Under the pieces are notes generated by a model. That model did no database searches, was not told the origin of the DNA, and saw only the letters and a program-made list of their open reading frames with translations. Below are positions 17,527 through 30,500 of a DNA stretch of 64,000 bases, piece after piece (the first letter of the stretch is position 1; each line of letters starts with the position of its first letter). Source of the DNA: an uncultured Alteromonas sp. Its GTDB lineage: Bacteria > Bacteroidota > Bacteroidia > Flavobacteriales > Flavobacteriaceae. Made by a program: the position numbers and the translations under genes. The stretch spans positions 1,535 to 65,534 of the forward strand of contig CAZOSF010000003.1 of assembly GCA_964582415.1 (NCBI GenBank), written 5' to 3'.

Positions 17527-18162
17527 ATGAGAAATAGCATCCAACTTGTCATTGCAGCCGCTGCCGCTTTGGTGATGGTGTCTTGTTTTGACGAATCAAA
17601 ACCAAACTATCAGTACATGCCGAACATGTACAAGCCGGTAGGCTATGAAACCTATGGAAACTACGAGATTTTTCCAGGAGGTCTGGAAGCTATGTTGCCC
17701 GCTGAGGGATCCATTCCGAGAGGATGGCAGCCATATGATTATCCAAACTCCACTGAGGGATTAAACTTAGCCAAAGCAGAATTACAGAACCCAATCCCTG
17801 TAACCGAGGAAAACTTGGCTCAGGGGAAAGCCCTTTACGATATTTACTGTGCGGTTTGTCATGGAGCTAAAGGAGATGGCCAAGGAATTTTGGTGAAAAA
17901 CGAAAAAATCTTGGGGATTCCAAGTTACTCCGATCCAGGTCGTTTGATTACCGATGGGGGTGTTTACCACGTTCAAATGTATGGTTTGAATGCGATGGGT
18001 TCTTATGCCTCACAAACCGATGAAATGGAGCGTTGGCAAATAACTCATTACGTGATGAATTTGAAAGCGGCCCTTGAAGGAACGCCTTTACGCACGCCTG
18101 AGAGTCCTGTTGTCGAGGAAACAATGGAAATGGAAATTGAAAGTACCGAGAGCGGTCATTAA
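17527..18162 (+). CDS. actE: Alternative complex III subunit ActE, monohaem cytochrome c lipoprotein
   Basis: The ATG lies 1 nt after the actD stop. There is a signal with lipobox LVMVSC and a single CAVCH haem motif. Confidence 0.8.
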   Translation: MRNSIQLVIAAAAALVMVSCFDESKPNYQYMPNMYKPVGYETYGNYEIFPGGLEAMLPAEGSIPRGWQPYDYPNSTEGLNLAKAELQNPIPVTEENLAQGKALYDIYCAVCHGAKGDGQGILVKNEKILGIPSYSDPGRLITDGGVYHVQMYGLNAMGSYASQTDEMERWQITHYVMNLKAALEGTPLRTPESPVVEETMEMEIESTESGH

Positions 18163-18191
18163 AAAAGAACTTTAAGAGAAGAGCAATAGAT

Positions 18192-19538
18192 ATGTATACG
18201 CTACCCAACAAATTAAAAGTTTTTGCGATGGTTTTTATGGTAGTTGGTGCCATAGCGATGGTGGCTGGTTTTTTGTCAGCACCTAGCACGACTGCCGATG
18301 TGGAGGCCATGATGGCCAGTCACCACGACGATGGTCATAGCACAGCAACTGTCGAAGAACATCACGGAGAAGCCCATGGTGATGACCATGCTGCAATGGT
18401 CGAAGAACATCATGGAGACGCACACCTAGAGCACGTATTGCACCAAATGCAAAATCGTCCATGGTCGGCCCTTTATGTGGCCTCCTTCTTTTTCTTTATG
18501 ATTGCCCTTGGGACCTTGGCATTTTATGCAATCCAATATGCGGCTCAGGCGGGATGGTCTCCTGTTCTGTTCAGGGTGATGGAAGGAATTACTGCCTACT
18601 TGCCCGTGGCATCGGTAATTCTATTTATTCTGTTGCTTCTTTCTGCTTTCCACATCAATCATATTTTCCATTGGATGGATCCAGAATTGGTGAACCCAGA
18701 AAGTGACCACTACGATAAATTGATTGCAGGTAAGAGTGGATTCTTGAATGTTCCTTTCTTCCTTGGCCGAGCTGCCATCTTCTTATTGGGATGGAACCTA
18801 TACCGTTGGTTCTCCAGAAAGAATTCTATTGCCGATGATACCGCAGAAGACAATCGATACTTTAAAAAGAACTTTAAAATGTCTGCTGGATTCTTGGTAT
18901 TCTTTATCGTTACCGAATCTATGATGTCTTGGGACTGGATCATGAGTTTTGATCCTCACTGGTTCAGTACACTATTTGGTTGGTATGTATTCGCAGGTAT
19001 GATGGTTTGTGCCATTACTGTGATCGCCATGGTAACCATTTTCTTAAAGTCCCAAGGTTATCTTGAATACGTAAACGATAGTCATATTCATGACTTGGCA
19101 AAATATATGTTCGGTTTCAGTATTTTCTGGACCTACCTATGGTTCTCCCAATTTATGTTGATCTGGTATGCAAATATCCCAGAAGAAGTAACCTATTTCG
19201 TTACTAGAATTGAAGACTATACCTTACCTTTCTGGGGCATGGTTGGATTGAATTTTGTTTTCCCAGTACTATTGTTGATGAACAGTGACTACAAACGTAT
19301 GAACTGGTTCGTGATCATCACAGGAATCGTAATTCTGTTCGGACACTATGTTGATGTATTCAATATGGTAATGCCAGCAACCGTGGGAACTTCCTGGTTT
19401 ATCGGGTTACCTGAAATCGGTTCAATATTATTCTTCTTCGGATTGTTTGTATTCGTGGTGTTTACCGCCTTGACCAAGGCGCCACTTTTACCAAAGCACA
19501 ATCCATTTATCAAGGAGAGCAAACACTATCATTATTAA
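18192..19538 (+). CDS. actF: Alternative complex III subunit ActF (polytopic membrane subunit)
   Basis: 448-aa multi-TM ORF in the canonical position after actE. It has a His-rich segment near the N-terminus. Confidence 0.8.
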   Translation: MYTLPNKLKVFAMVFMVVGAIAMVAGFLSAPSTTADVEAMMASHHDDGHSTATVEEHHGEAHGDDHAAMVEEHHGDAHLEHVLHQMQNRPWSALYVASFFFFMIALGTLAFYAIQYAAQAGWSPVLFRVMEGITAYLPVASVILFILLLLSAFHINHIFHWMDPELVNPESDHYDKLIAGKSGFLNVPFFLGRAAIFLLGWNLYRWFSRKNSIADDTAEDNRYFKKNFKMSAGFLVFFIVTESMMSWDWIMSFDPHWFSTLFGWYVFAGMMVCAITVIAMVTIFLKSQGYLEYVNDSHIHDLAKYMFGFSIFWTYLWFSQFMLIWYANIPEEVTYFVTRIEDYTLPFWGMVGLNFVFPVLLLMNSDYKRMNWFVIITGIVILFGHYVDVFNMVMPATVGTSWFIGLPEIGSILFFFGLFVFVVFTALTKAPLLPKHNPFIKESKHYHY

Positions 19539-19562
19539 TTAAACGTAGAAAGCTAGATAACA

Positions 19563-20624
19563 ATGACCGCATTTTTAGTTGTATTAGTACTTATTCTTTT
19601 TGGAGTTGCCATTTGGCAAATGGGAAAGATTTTCCAGCTCTCTAAGGGAAAAGCGGATAATACTGAGCAAATCGCCAATGACAAAGACAACAACGTGAAC
19701 GGATGGTTGATGTTGATGTTTGTATTTTTCATTTACGTATTAGCCTTTGCTTCCCATTACAAATGGAGTAAGGTGTTCTTGCCGCAAGCGGCTTCTGAAC
19801 ATGGTCTGGACGTGGATCAACTATGGTTGATTTCCATGGTACTTATTTTTATCGTTGGTATCGTGACCCAGTGGTTATTGCACTTCTTCGCCTTCAAATA
19901 TCGCGGAGAAAAGAAAAAGCGTGCTACGTTCTATGCCGATAACGATAAATTGGAATTCATCTGGACGATCATTCCTGTAATCGTTCTTGCTGGACTGATT
20001 ATCTACGGTCTATTTACTTGGACCGATATCATGAATGTGGAACCTGAAGAAGATCCTTTAGTGGTGGAACTTTATGCCTATCAATTCGACTGGCGTGCCC
20101 GTTACGGTGGGGGCGATAACGTATTGGGTGAGGCCAATGTTCGTTTGATCGAAGGAGTGAATGTATTGGGAGTGGATGCTTCCGATCCAAACGCCCAAGA
20201 TGACATCATCGTAGATGAATTGCATTTGCCCGTTGGAAGGAAAGTATTGTTCAAAATGCGTTCACAAGACGTATTGCACTCTGCTTATATGCCACATTTC
20301 CGTGCTCAGATGAACTGTGTTCCCGGAATGATTACACAATTCGCCTTTACACCGGCCATTACCACTGAAGACATGCGTCTGGACCCAGAAATTGTGGCTA
20401 AGGTGAAAGATATTAATGAATTGAGAACAGCAAAGAATGAAGAATTAATGGCGTTGGGTGAAGAAACTTTGGAGCCTTACGAATTTGATTTTTTACTACT
20501 TTGTAACAAAATTTGTGGAAACAGCCACTACAATATGCAAATGAAGATTGTTGTAGAGTCTGAAGAAAAATATAACGCTTGGATTGCAGAGCAAAAAACC
20601 TTTGCGCAATCTATGAATCAGTAA
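19563..20624 (+). CDS. ctaC: Cytochrome c oxidase subunit II
   Basis: N-terminal TM helices are followed by a cupredoxin domain with CuA ligands (DVLHSAYMP ... CNKICGNSHYNM). No fused cytochrome c domain is visible. Confidence 0.9.
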   Translation: MTAFLVVLVLILFGVAIWQMGKIFQLSKGKADNTEQIANDKDNNVNGWLMLMFVFFIYVLAFASHYKWSKVFLPQAASEHGLDVDQLWLISMVLIFIVGIVTQWLLHFFAFKYRGEKKKRATFYADNDKLEFIWTIIPVIVLAGLIIYGLFTWTDIMNVEPEEDPLVVELYAYQFDWRARYGGGDNVLGEANVRLIEGVNVLGVDASDPNAQDDIIVDELHLPVGRKVLFKMRSQDVLHSAYMPHFRAQMNCVPGMITQFAFTPAITTEDMRLDPEIVAKVKDINELRTAKNEELMALGEETLEPYEFDFLLLCNKICGNSHYNMQMKIVVESEEKYNAWIAEQKTFAQSMNQ

Positions 20625-20648
20625 TAAAAAAATCGCTAAAAAAAGATT

Positions 20649-22475
<1,827 letters not shown>

Positions 22476-22491
22476 TCAGCAGAATCATATT

Positions 22492-22523
22492 AAAAACCCC
22501 TCCGAGATTGGAGGGGTTTTTTT
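22492..22523 (+). terminator. Intrinsic terminator of the act-cox operon
   Basis: aaaaa-CCCCTCC-gagatt-GGAGGGG-ttttttt. Confidence 0.85.
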
Positions 22524-22556
22524 ATCTTAGGACCTAACACTTCGTATCTTTACCCT

Positions 22557-23579
22557 ATGAACGAATACCTCGATCCCTCTGGGGAGCACCTTTCCCCACA
22601 GGATCTAGACATTGAGAAAAAATTGCGCCCACTGTCCTTCGATGATTTCAACGGACAGGATCAGGCTTTGGAAAATTTAAAAGTGTTTGTCCAAGCCGCT
22701 AATTTGCGGGAAGAGGCATTGGATCATACACTTTTTCATGGGCCTCCGGGTCTGGGAAAAACCACTTTGGCGCATATTCTTGCCAATGAATTGGACGTGA
22801 ATATCAGGGTAACCTCAGGCCCTGTTTTGGATAAACCCGGTGATTTGGCGGGGCTTTTAACCAATCTGGAAGAGCGGGATGTGTTATTTATTGATGAAAT
22901 CCATCGCTTAAGTCCCGTCGTGGAAGAATACTTGTATTCTGCCATGGAAGATTATAAAATCGATATTATGATTGAATCTGGCCCGAATGCCAGAACGGTT
23001 CAGATCAATCTCAGCCCTTTTACTCTAGTTGGGGCTACCACACGTTCGGGCCTACTGACCGCTCCGATGCGAGCGCGTTTTGGCATTACTTCCCGGTTGG
23101 AATATTATACTACCGATCTCCTTACTACGATTGTTCAGCGGAGTGCCGGCATATTGGGCGTTCCCATCACCATGGAGGCAGCTATTGAAGTGGCGGGAAG
23201 AAGTCGCGGAACACCAAGAATTGCCAATTCGCTATTGCGACGAGTACGCGATTTTGCACAAATCAAAGGGGACGGAAAAATCGATATCAAGATTGCCAAA
23301 TTTGCCTTGGAACAATTAAACGTAGACACCCATGGATTGGATGAAATGGATAATAAAATCCTTTCGACTATAATCGACAAGTTTAAGGGAGGCCCCGTTG
23401 GAATTACTACCTTGGCCACAGCCGTTTCGGAAAGTGCCGAAACCATTGAGGAAGTCTACGAGCCCTTCCTCATTCAACAGGGTTTCATCATGCGCACACC
23501 AAGAGGGCGTGAAGTAACCGAATTGGCGTATCATCATTTAGGGCGTACCAAAAGTGGAAACCAAGGGAATCTCTTCTAA
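22557..23579 (+). CDS. ruvB: Holliday junction branch migration ATPase RuvB
   Basis: 340-aa ORF with Walker [12 protein letters not shown] and the RuvB pattern DEIHRL...GATTR. Confidence 0.95.
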   Translation: MNEYLDPSGEHLSPQDLDIEKKLRPLSFDDFNGQDQALENLKVFVQAANLREEALDHTLFHGPPGLGKTTLAHILANELDVNIRVTSGPVLDKPGDLAGLLTNLEERDVLFIDEIHRLSPVVEEYLYSAMEDYKIDIMIESGPNARTVQINLSPFTLVGATTRSGLLTAPMRARFGITSRLEYYTTDLLTTIVQRSAGILGVPITMEAAIEVAGRSRGTPRIANSLLRRVRDFAQIKGDGKIDIKIAKFALEQLNVDTHGLDEMDNKILSTIIDKFKGGPVGITTLATAVSESAETIEEVYEPFLIQQGFIMRTPRGREVTELAYHHLGRTKSGNQGNLF

Positions 23580-23594
23580 AACTATTTTCCAAGC

Positions 23595-24524
23595 ATGTCC
23601 GGCAGCCATTCCCATACTCAGCTTATTAAGCAAGAAGCACAGCGTTTGGGTTTTCTATCTTGCGGTATAAGTAAGGCTACCTTTTTGGAGGAAGAAGCAC
23701 CGCGTTTGGAAAAATGGCTTAAGGAAGATCGGCATGGCAAAATGGGATATATGGAAAACCATTTCGACAAGCGACTCGACCCTACCAAATTGCTGCCAGG
23801 CACCAAGAGTGTGATTTCCTTGCTAATGAACTATTATCCGTCCGAGGTACAGCGACCCGATTCCTATAAAATTTCCAAATATGCCTACGGAACCGATTAC
23901 CATTATGTGATTAAGGAAAAATTGAAAGCCCTATTGCATTTTATTCAGGAAGAAGTTGGGGAAGTTCAAGGGCGTGCCTTTGTCGATTCAGCTCCAGTTA
24001 TGGACAAAGCTTGGGCAGCCAGAGGTGGTTTGGGTTGGATGGGTAAAAACAGCAATCTCCTTTCAAAGAAGGTGGGTTCTTTCTTCTTCGTCGCCGAGTT
24101 GTTGGTAGATTTGGAATTGGAATACGATACTCCCGTTACCGATCATTGTGGTAATTGTACGGCCTGTATCGATGCTTGCCCTACCCAAGCGATTATTGCG
24201 CCCTATATGGTGGATGGCAGTAAGTGCATCTCTTATCTTACCATAGAATTGAAGGATTCAATTCCTTCTGCTTTTAAAGAGCAAATGGATGGTTGGATGT
24301 TTGGATGTGATGTTTGTCAGGATGTTTGTCCGTGGAACCGCTTCAGCAAAACTCACAGTGAACCCTTGTTTGATCCCCATCCCCAAATTTTGGATAATAC
24401 CTATTCCGACTGGGAGGAAATCACCGAAGAAATATTTCGGGAAATATTCAAAAAAAGCGCTGTAAAACGTGCGGGTTATGAGGCGTTAAAACGCTCTATT
24501 AACTTCATAAAAGAAGACCTATAA
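23595..24524 (+). CDS. queG: Epoxyqueuosine reductase QueG
   Basis: 309-aa ORF with two 4Fe-4S motifs ([16 protein letters not shown]; [11 protein letters not shown]) in the QueG context. Confidence 0.85.
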   Translation: MSGSHSHTQLIKQEAQRLGFLSCGISKATFLEEEAPRLEKWLKEDRHGKMGYMENHFDKRLDPTKLLPGTKSVISLLMNYYPSEVQRPDSYKISKYAYGTDYHYVIKEKLKALLHFIQEEVGEVQGRAFVDSAPVMDKAWAARGGLGWMGKNSNLLSKKVGSFFFVAELLVDLELEYDTPVTDHCGNCTACIDACPTQAIIAPYMVDGSKCISYLTIELKDSIPSAFKEQMDGWMFGCDVCQDVCPWNRFSKTHSEPLFDPHPQILDNTYSDWEEITEEIFREIFKKSAVKRAGYEALKRSINFIKEDL

Positions 24525-24549
24525 ACTTTTTAGATTTCCGCAGTCTCCG

Positions 24550-24557
24550 TACCTTTG
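24550..24557 (+). promoter_or_regulatory. Candidate -7 box (TACCTTTG) for maeB
   Basis: Exact TAnnTTTG match 22 nt upstream of the maeB ATG. Confidence 0.45.
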
Positions 24558-24579
24558 TTAGTCTCTATTTTTAAGCTGT

Positions 24580-26868
24580 ATGAGCAAGCAAAGCAAACGT
24601 CGGGAAGCACTCTTGTACCACGCAAAACCCCGACCAGGAAAAATCCAAGTCGTTCCCACCAAGAAATATGCTAGCCAAAGAGATTTGTCATTGGCCTACT
24701 CCCCAGGGGTTGCAGAACCTTGTTTGGAAATCGATAAGGAGGTTGAAAATGTCTATAAATACACGAATAAGGGAAATCTTGTCGCGGTAATATCGAATGG
24801 TACCGCTGTCTTAGGCCTAGGGAATATAGGACCAGAAGCCTCGAAGCCTGTAATGGAAGGAAAGGGGTTGTTGTTTAAGATTTTTGCCGACATCGATGTT
24901 TTTGATATCGAGGTGAATACCGAAAACGTTGAGGATTTTATACAAACGGTTAAGAATATCGCTCCCACATTTGGTGGAATTAACCTAGAAGACATCAAAG
25001 CTCCGGAAGCTTTTGAAATAGAAAGAAGGTTAAAGGAAGAGCTGGACATACCGGTCATGCATGATGATCAGCATGGAACGGCCATTATATCGGCGGCTGC
25101 CTTATTGAATGCCTTGGAATTGGCTAATAAAAAAATCGATAAGGTGAAGATCGTTATCAGTGGCGCCGGGGCTGCAGCGGTCTCCTGTACGAGGTTGTAC
25201 AAAGCCTTTGGGGCTAAGGCCGAGAACATTGTTATGTTGGATAGTAAAGGCGTGATTCGAATGGATCGTGAAAACCTTTCTGAGGAAAAGGCGGAATTCG
25301 CTACCCACAGAAAGATTGATTCCTTAGAGGAAGCCATGGAAGGGGCCGATGTGTTCGTCGGGTTATCCGTTGCGGATGTAGTAAAGCCCAAGATGTTGAA
25401 GTCGATGGCTCCGGATGCAATTGTTTTTGCCATGGCCAATCCGAATCCCGAAATCGATTATAACCTTGCCGTCAAAACCCGCAAAGATATCATCATGGCC
25501 ACGGGTAGAAGTGACCACCCCAATCAGGTGAACAATGTGCTTGGTTTTCCTTTTATTTTCAGGGGTGCCTTAGACGTACGGGCTTCAAAAATAAATGAAG
25601 CCATGAAGATGGCCGCAGTGAAAGCATTGGCCGATTTGGCTAAAGAACCGGTTCCAGAGCAAGTTAATATTGCCTATGGTGAAACCAAACTCCATTTCGG
25701 AAAGGAGTATATAATTCCAAAACCATTCGATCCTAGATTGATAACTGCAGTGCCACCAGCCGTGGCAAAAGCGGCTATGGAAAGTGGTGTCGCCTTATCT
25801 CCCATAGAAGATTGGGATAAATATCGGGATGAATTGGCAGAACGAATGGGTAGTGATAATAAAATCATTCGTCTGCTTATGGACCGGGCTCGAAGCAAGC
25901 CAAAACGGGTGGTGTATGCTGAAGCAGATCATTTGGATGTTTTAAAAGCAGCTCAAATTGCCTATGAAGAAGGTATCGCTATCCCAATTTTATTAGGTCG
26001 CGTAGAAGTGATTCGAGAATTGATGAAGGAATTGGATTTTGATGCAGAACTTCTGATACTTGATCCGAAATCCGATGACACACACGATACATTATGTAAA
26101 TACGCCAAGAAATATTGGGATTTGCGAAAAAGAAATGGGGTGACGCTATACGATGCCAAGCGCACCATGCGAGAACGGAATTATTTTGCTGCAATGATGG
26201 TGAATGAAGGGGATGCCGATGCTATGTTATCAGGCTATGCGCGTTCCTACCCAACGGTAGTGCGACCTGTTTTGGAAACTATTGGTCGTTTCCCAGGGGT
26301 AAAGAAAGTAGCCACCACCAACCTTATGCTTACCGGACGGGGACCGTTGTTTATTTCGGATTCTTCTATTACGATAAATCCAACCGCAAAGGAATTGGCA
26401 GATATTGCGAGCCTTACCCATAACGCTATTAAGATGTTTGGTTTGGATCCAGCCATTGCCATGATTTCCTATGCTAATTTTGGGTCCTCCAAAGAAGCCC
26501 ATGCGGTTAAAGTTAGGGAGGCAGTGGCGCTTCTGCATCGAGCACATCCCGAAATGATCGTGGATGGGGAAATTCAAACCGACTTCGCTTTGAATTCTGA
26601 AATGCTTCAGAAGAAATTTCCTTTCTCGAAATTGGCAGGTAAAAAGGTAAATGCCTTGGTGTTTCCAAATTTGGATTCAGCCAATAGCAACTACAAATTG
26701 TTGAAGGAACAGAAAGGAGTGGAATCTATTGGGCCTATCATGATGGGATTGAACAAAGCGGTGCACATCTTCCAATTGGGAGCCAGCGTTGAAGAGATGG
26801 TAAACATGACGGCCATAGCAGTGGTAGATGCACAGCAAAAAGAAAAGCGAGAAAAGTCCAAAAAATAA
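24580..26868 (+). CDS. maeB: NADP-dependent malic enzyme (malic enzyme plus phosphate-acetyltransferase-like domain)
   Basis: 762-aa ORF. The N-terminal malic-enzyme pattern (LSLAYSPGVAEPC, VISNGTAVLGLGNIG) is followed by a long PTA-like C-terminal domain. Confidence 0.9.
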   Translation: MSKQSKRREALLYHAKPRPGKIQVVPTKKYASQRDLSLAYSPGVAEPCLEIDKEVENVYKYTNKGNLVAVISNGTAVLGLGNIGPEASKPVMEGKGLLFKIFADIDVFDIEVNTENVEDFIQTVKNIAPTFGGINLEDIKAPEAFEIERRLKEELDIPVMHDDQHGTAIISAAALLNALELANKKIDKVKIVISGAGAAAVSCTRLYKAFGAKAENIVMLDSKGVIRMDRENLSEEKAEFATHRKIDSLEEAMEGADVFVGLSVADVVKPKMLKSMAPDAIVFAMANPNPEIDYNLAVKTRKDIIMATGRSDHPNQVNNVLGFPFIFRGALDVRASKINEAMKMAAVKALADLAKEPVPEQVNIAYGETKLHFGKEYIIPKPFDPRLITAVPPAVAKAAMESGVALSPIEDWDKYRDELAERMGSDNKIIRLLMDRARSKPKRVVYAEADHLDVLKAAQIAYEEGIAIPILLGRVEVIRELMKELDFDAELLILDPKSDDTHDTLCKYAKKYWDLRKRNGVTLYDAKRTMRERNYFAAMMVNEGDADAMLSGYARSYPTVVRPVLETIGRFPGVKKVATTNLMLTGRGPLFISDSSITINPTAKELADIASLTHNAIKMFGLDPAIAMISYANFGSSKEAHAVKVREAVALLHRAHPEMIVDGEIQTDFALNSEMLQKKFPFSKLAGKKVNALVFPNLDSANSNYKLLKEQKGVESIGPIMMGLNKAVHIFQLGASVEEMVNMTAIAVVDAQQKEKREKSKK

Positions 26869-26937
26869 GACCTTAATCAGAGTCCGAAAAGCATGTTTTT
26901 TACGTTTTTCATCAATGGCAGATGCAAATAATTGTGC

Positions 26938-26945
26938 TATATTTG
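26938..26945 (+). promoter_or_regulatory. Candidate -7 box (TATATTTG) for ruvA-sprA
   Basis: Exact TAnnTTTG match 23 nt upstream of the ruvA ATG. Confidence 0.45.
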
Positions 26946-26968
26946 GACCATTAACCTTTTGTTAACAG

Positions 26969-27550
26969 ATGATTGCCCACATTCAGGGAAGACTGGTAGA
27001 AAAGAATCCGACGGATGTTGTTATAGATTGCCATGGAGTGGGTTATTTTCTAAATATATCGTTGCATACGTTTTCACAGCTCCCCACTACTGAAAATGTC
27101 AAGTTGTACACCCAGTTATTGGTCCGAGAGGATTCTCATACCTTGTATGGTTTTTTCACCAAGGAAGAACGAGAAGTGTTCAATTTATTGATTTCGGTTT
27201 CTGGGGTGGGCGCAAGCACGGCAAGAACCATGTTGTCCTCATTAAGCCCAGAGCAAATTAGGGATGCGATAGTTTCGGAAGATGTAGTGACTATTCAAGG
27301 AGTTAAAGGGATTGGAACCAAGACGGCACAACGTGTGGTCTTGGATCTAAAAGATAAAATAATAAAAGTGTACGGGGCGTCTTCTATTTCTGTTCCATCA
27401 AGCAATACGAACAGAAATGAAGCGTTATCTGCATTGGAGACATTGGGCTTTGTTAGGAAGCAAGCGGAAAAAGCTTGTGATGCCTATTTGAAAACCGATC
27501 CACAGGCAAGCGTGGAAACGATTATCAAGCAAGCTTTAAAAAATTTGTAA
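26969..27550 (+). CDS. ruvA: Holliday junction DNA helicase subunit RuvA
   Basis: 193-aa ORF. MIAHIQGRLVEK...GVGY and the HhH region ISVSGVGASTAR...GIGTKTAQRV are typical of RuvA. Confidence 0.92.
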   Translation: MIAHIQGRLVEKNPTDVVIDCHGVGYFLNISLHTFSQLPTTENVKLYTQLLVREDSHTLYGFFTKEEREVFNLLISVSGVGASTARTMLSSLSPEQIRDAIVSEDVVTIQGVKGIGTKTAQRVVLDLKDKIIKVYGASSISVPSSNTNRNEALSALETLGFVRKQAEKACDAYLKTDPQASVETIIKQALKNL

Positions 27551-27554
27551 AGAT

Positions 27555-30500
27555 TTGGGAGTGAAAAATTACAACCTTAAAAACAGCTTTACCAAGTATA
27601 TTGTTTTAGGAATTTTGCTAATGGGAGCCTTTGGGGTGAAGGCTCAGGAAGATTCAACCGCCACAGGATACGATGTGGGTAGAATGGACCTTCCCAATCC
27701 TACGAGTATTCAGGATATGTATGAATACGACCCCCTTACCGATAGGTATATCCTAACCCAAACCTTGGGTGAATTCAATATTTCATATCCTATCATCCTT
27801 ACTCCAGAAGAATACCGTGATTTAGTGCTGAAGGAACAAATGAAAGCCTATTTCAAGGAGAAAATCGATGCGGCCGATGGTCGTAAAGAAGGAGCCGAAG
27901 AAGGGCAGCGTAATTTGTTGCCTACTTTCTATGTCAATTCCGACTTCTTTGAATCAGTTTTTGGAGGGAATACCATAGAGATCATTCCACAGGGAACCGT
28001 AGAAATGGATTTGGGTGTTTTGTACACAAAACAGGATAACCCACAGTTTTCACCTAGAAACCGCAGCAATCTTTCTTTTGATTTCGATCAACGTATCAGT
28101 CTAAGTTTGTTGGGTAAGGTCGGGGAGCGTTTACAGGTGACCGCCAATTACGATACCCAGTCCACTTTCGACTTTCAGAACATTATCAAATTGGAATACA
28201 CCCCTACCGAAGATGATATCATTCAGAAAATCGAAGTGGGTAACGTGAGTATGCCGCTGAATAGTTCCCTTATTCAAGGGGCCCAAAGTCTCTTCGGTGT
28301 AAAAACTCAGTTGCAATTTGGAAAGACAACCATCACTGGGATCTTTTCCGAACAACGTTCTGAAACCCGTACCGTAGTGGCCGAAGGAGGGGCGACGGTT
28401 ACGGAATATGAATTGTTTGCCCTTGATTACGATGAAAATCGTCACTTTTTCCTAGCACATTATTTCCGTGATAACTACGATCGCGTCCTTAGGAATTATC
28501 CGTTTATTAACTCAAATGTTCAGATCACCCGATTGGAAGTTTGGATTACCAATCGTAATACAAGCACCAATGATGTGCGTAATATCGTGGCCCTCCAGGA
28601 TATTGGGGAAGCCGATGTTTCCAATGTGGGTCTGAATGTAATTCCCGGAGGTTTCATCAACAAACCGAAGAACTCTTTCCCGGATAACAGCAACAACGAT
28701 TTCAATCCATTCGGCATAGACGACCCGAGTGAGCAAAGTATATTAAACAATTCGATTCGTGACGTGGCGACTATTCAAAGTGGTTTTGGAGGAGTTCCCG
28801 TTAGTGAAGGAATCGATTATGTTACGCTAGAGAATGCACGGAAATTACAAGGAAACGAATACCAACTAAACTCCCAGCTCGGATACCTTTCCTTGAATCA
28901 GCGTTTGAATAACGATGAGGTCTTGGCCGTTGCGTTTCAATTTACGGTGAATGGTAAGGTTTATCAGGTTGGGGAATTTTCTACCGATGGAGTGGAGGCC
29001 ACTGGTTTCGAAGGAGGAGTAAATCCAAATCCGGGAGGTGACCCGGGAGAAACCCAGGCTGGAATTCCACAAAACCTGGTAGTGAAACTTTTGAAAAGTA
29101 ATATTACCAATGTGAACGAACCCGTTTGGGACCTGATGATGAAGAACATCTACCCAATTGGTGCCTTCGAATTGGAACAAGAAGATTTCAGGATGAACAT
29201 TCTGTATCTGGATCCGTCACCAATTAATTATTTACAGCCAGTATCGGGAACACCCTTTCCTGCTCCGGATGAAACCGACTTCAATCCGGTTGATTTGAAT
29301 GATGCCACCTTATTGCGCATCTTCAATCTAGACCGGTTGAATTTTAACAATGACCCTCAAACTGGAGGAGATGGTTTCTTCGATTTTTATCCAGGAATTA
29401 CGGTAGACCAACGTAATGGTAATATCATCTTTACGAGTGTGGAGCCTTTTGGAGAGTATATCTTTGATAAGCTATCCTTGGAAACTTCTGAGGATTATGG
29501 TAACCCAATTACCTATAACGCCAACCAACAGAAATATGTGTTCCGATCTATGTATCGTACCACAAAAATTCAAGCGGAACAGCAACAAAGTGACAAGAAT
29601 AAGTTCCAGATGAAAGGTACGTACAAGTCTACCGGATCCGATGGTATCCCGATTGGGGCCTTCAATATCCCACAAGGGTCGGTAACTGTTACCGCCGGCG
29701 GAAGAACATTGGTTGAAGGGGTTGATTACACCGTGAACTATCAATTGGGCCGTGTTCAGATTTTGGATCCTTCGCTTAAGAGCTCCAATACACCTATCAA
29801 CATTAGCGTTGAAAATAACACCCTTTTCGGACAGCAAACCAAGCGTTTTACAGGATTGGATGTCCAACATAAGTTCAGTGATCGTTTCCAATTAGGGGGA
29901 ACCTTCCTGAATTTAAATGAACGACCCCTTACACAGAAATCCGCTTTCCAAAACGAGCCTATTAACAATACCATGATTGGGTTGAATGCAAACTTCTCCA
30001 CTGAAGTGCCATTCCTAACTCGTTTAGTGAATAAATTGCCCAATATCGATACCGATGTTCCTTCTAACGTTTCCATGCGTGGGGAATTTGCCTACCTTAT
30101 TCCAGGAGCACCAAAGGTGTCTGATTTTAATGGTAAGACTACTGCCTATGTTGATGATTTTGAGGCAGCACAAACCGCTATTGATATTTCAGCTCCCCTT
30201 ACTTGGTTCTTGAGCTCCACTCCAATTGGTTTAGGAGGTGAATTGGAAAATAATAACCTTGCCTATAACTATAACCGGGCGAAACTGAACTGGTATACGA
30301 TTGACCCAATTTTTTATAGTTCACAAAGACCTGATGGAGTGACCGACCAGGATTTGTCGTCTCCGTTTACAAGAAGGGTCTTCAGGAACGAAATTTTCCC
30401 CGATCAGGATTTGATCCAGGGACAGACGCAAGCATTGTTTCCACTCGACCTAGCCTTTTATCCATCAGAAAGAGGACCCTATAACTTTAACCCTGCTGCC

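Noticed and set aside
18351-18418. 20-nt direct repeat with a 48-nt period, briefly considered as a mini repeat array
   Set aside because: There are only two copies, they lie in frame inside actF, and they encode a duplicated VEEHHG peptide. This is not a CRISPR-like or intergenic array.
23252-23260. Extra TTTTGCACA copy inside ruvB, considered as an internal promoter for queG
   Set aside because: It lacks the TA of the TAnnTTTG box (it reads CGATTTTG) and lies about 340 nt upstream of queG inside a conserved coding region.
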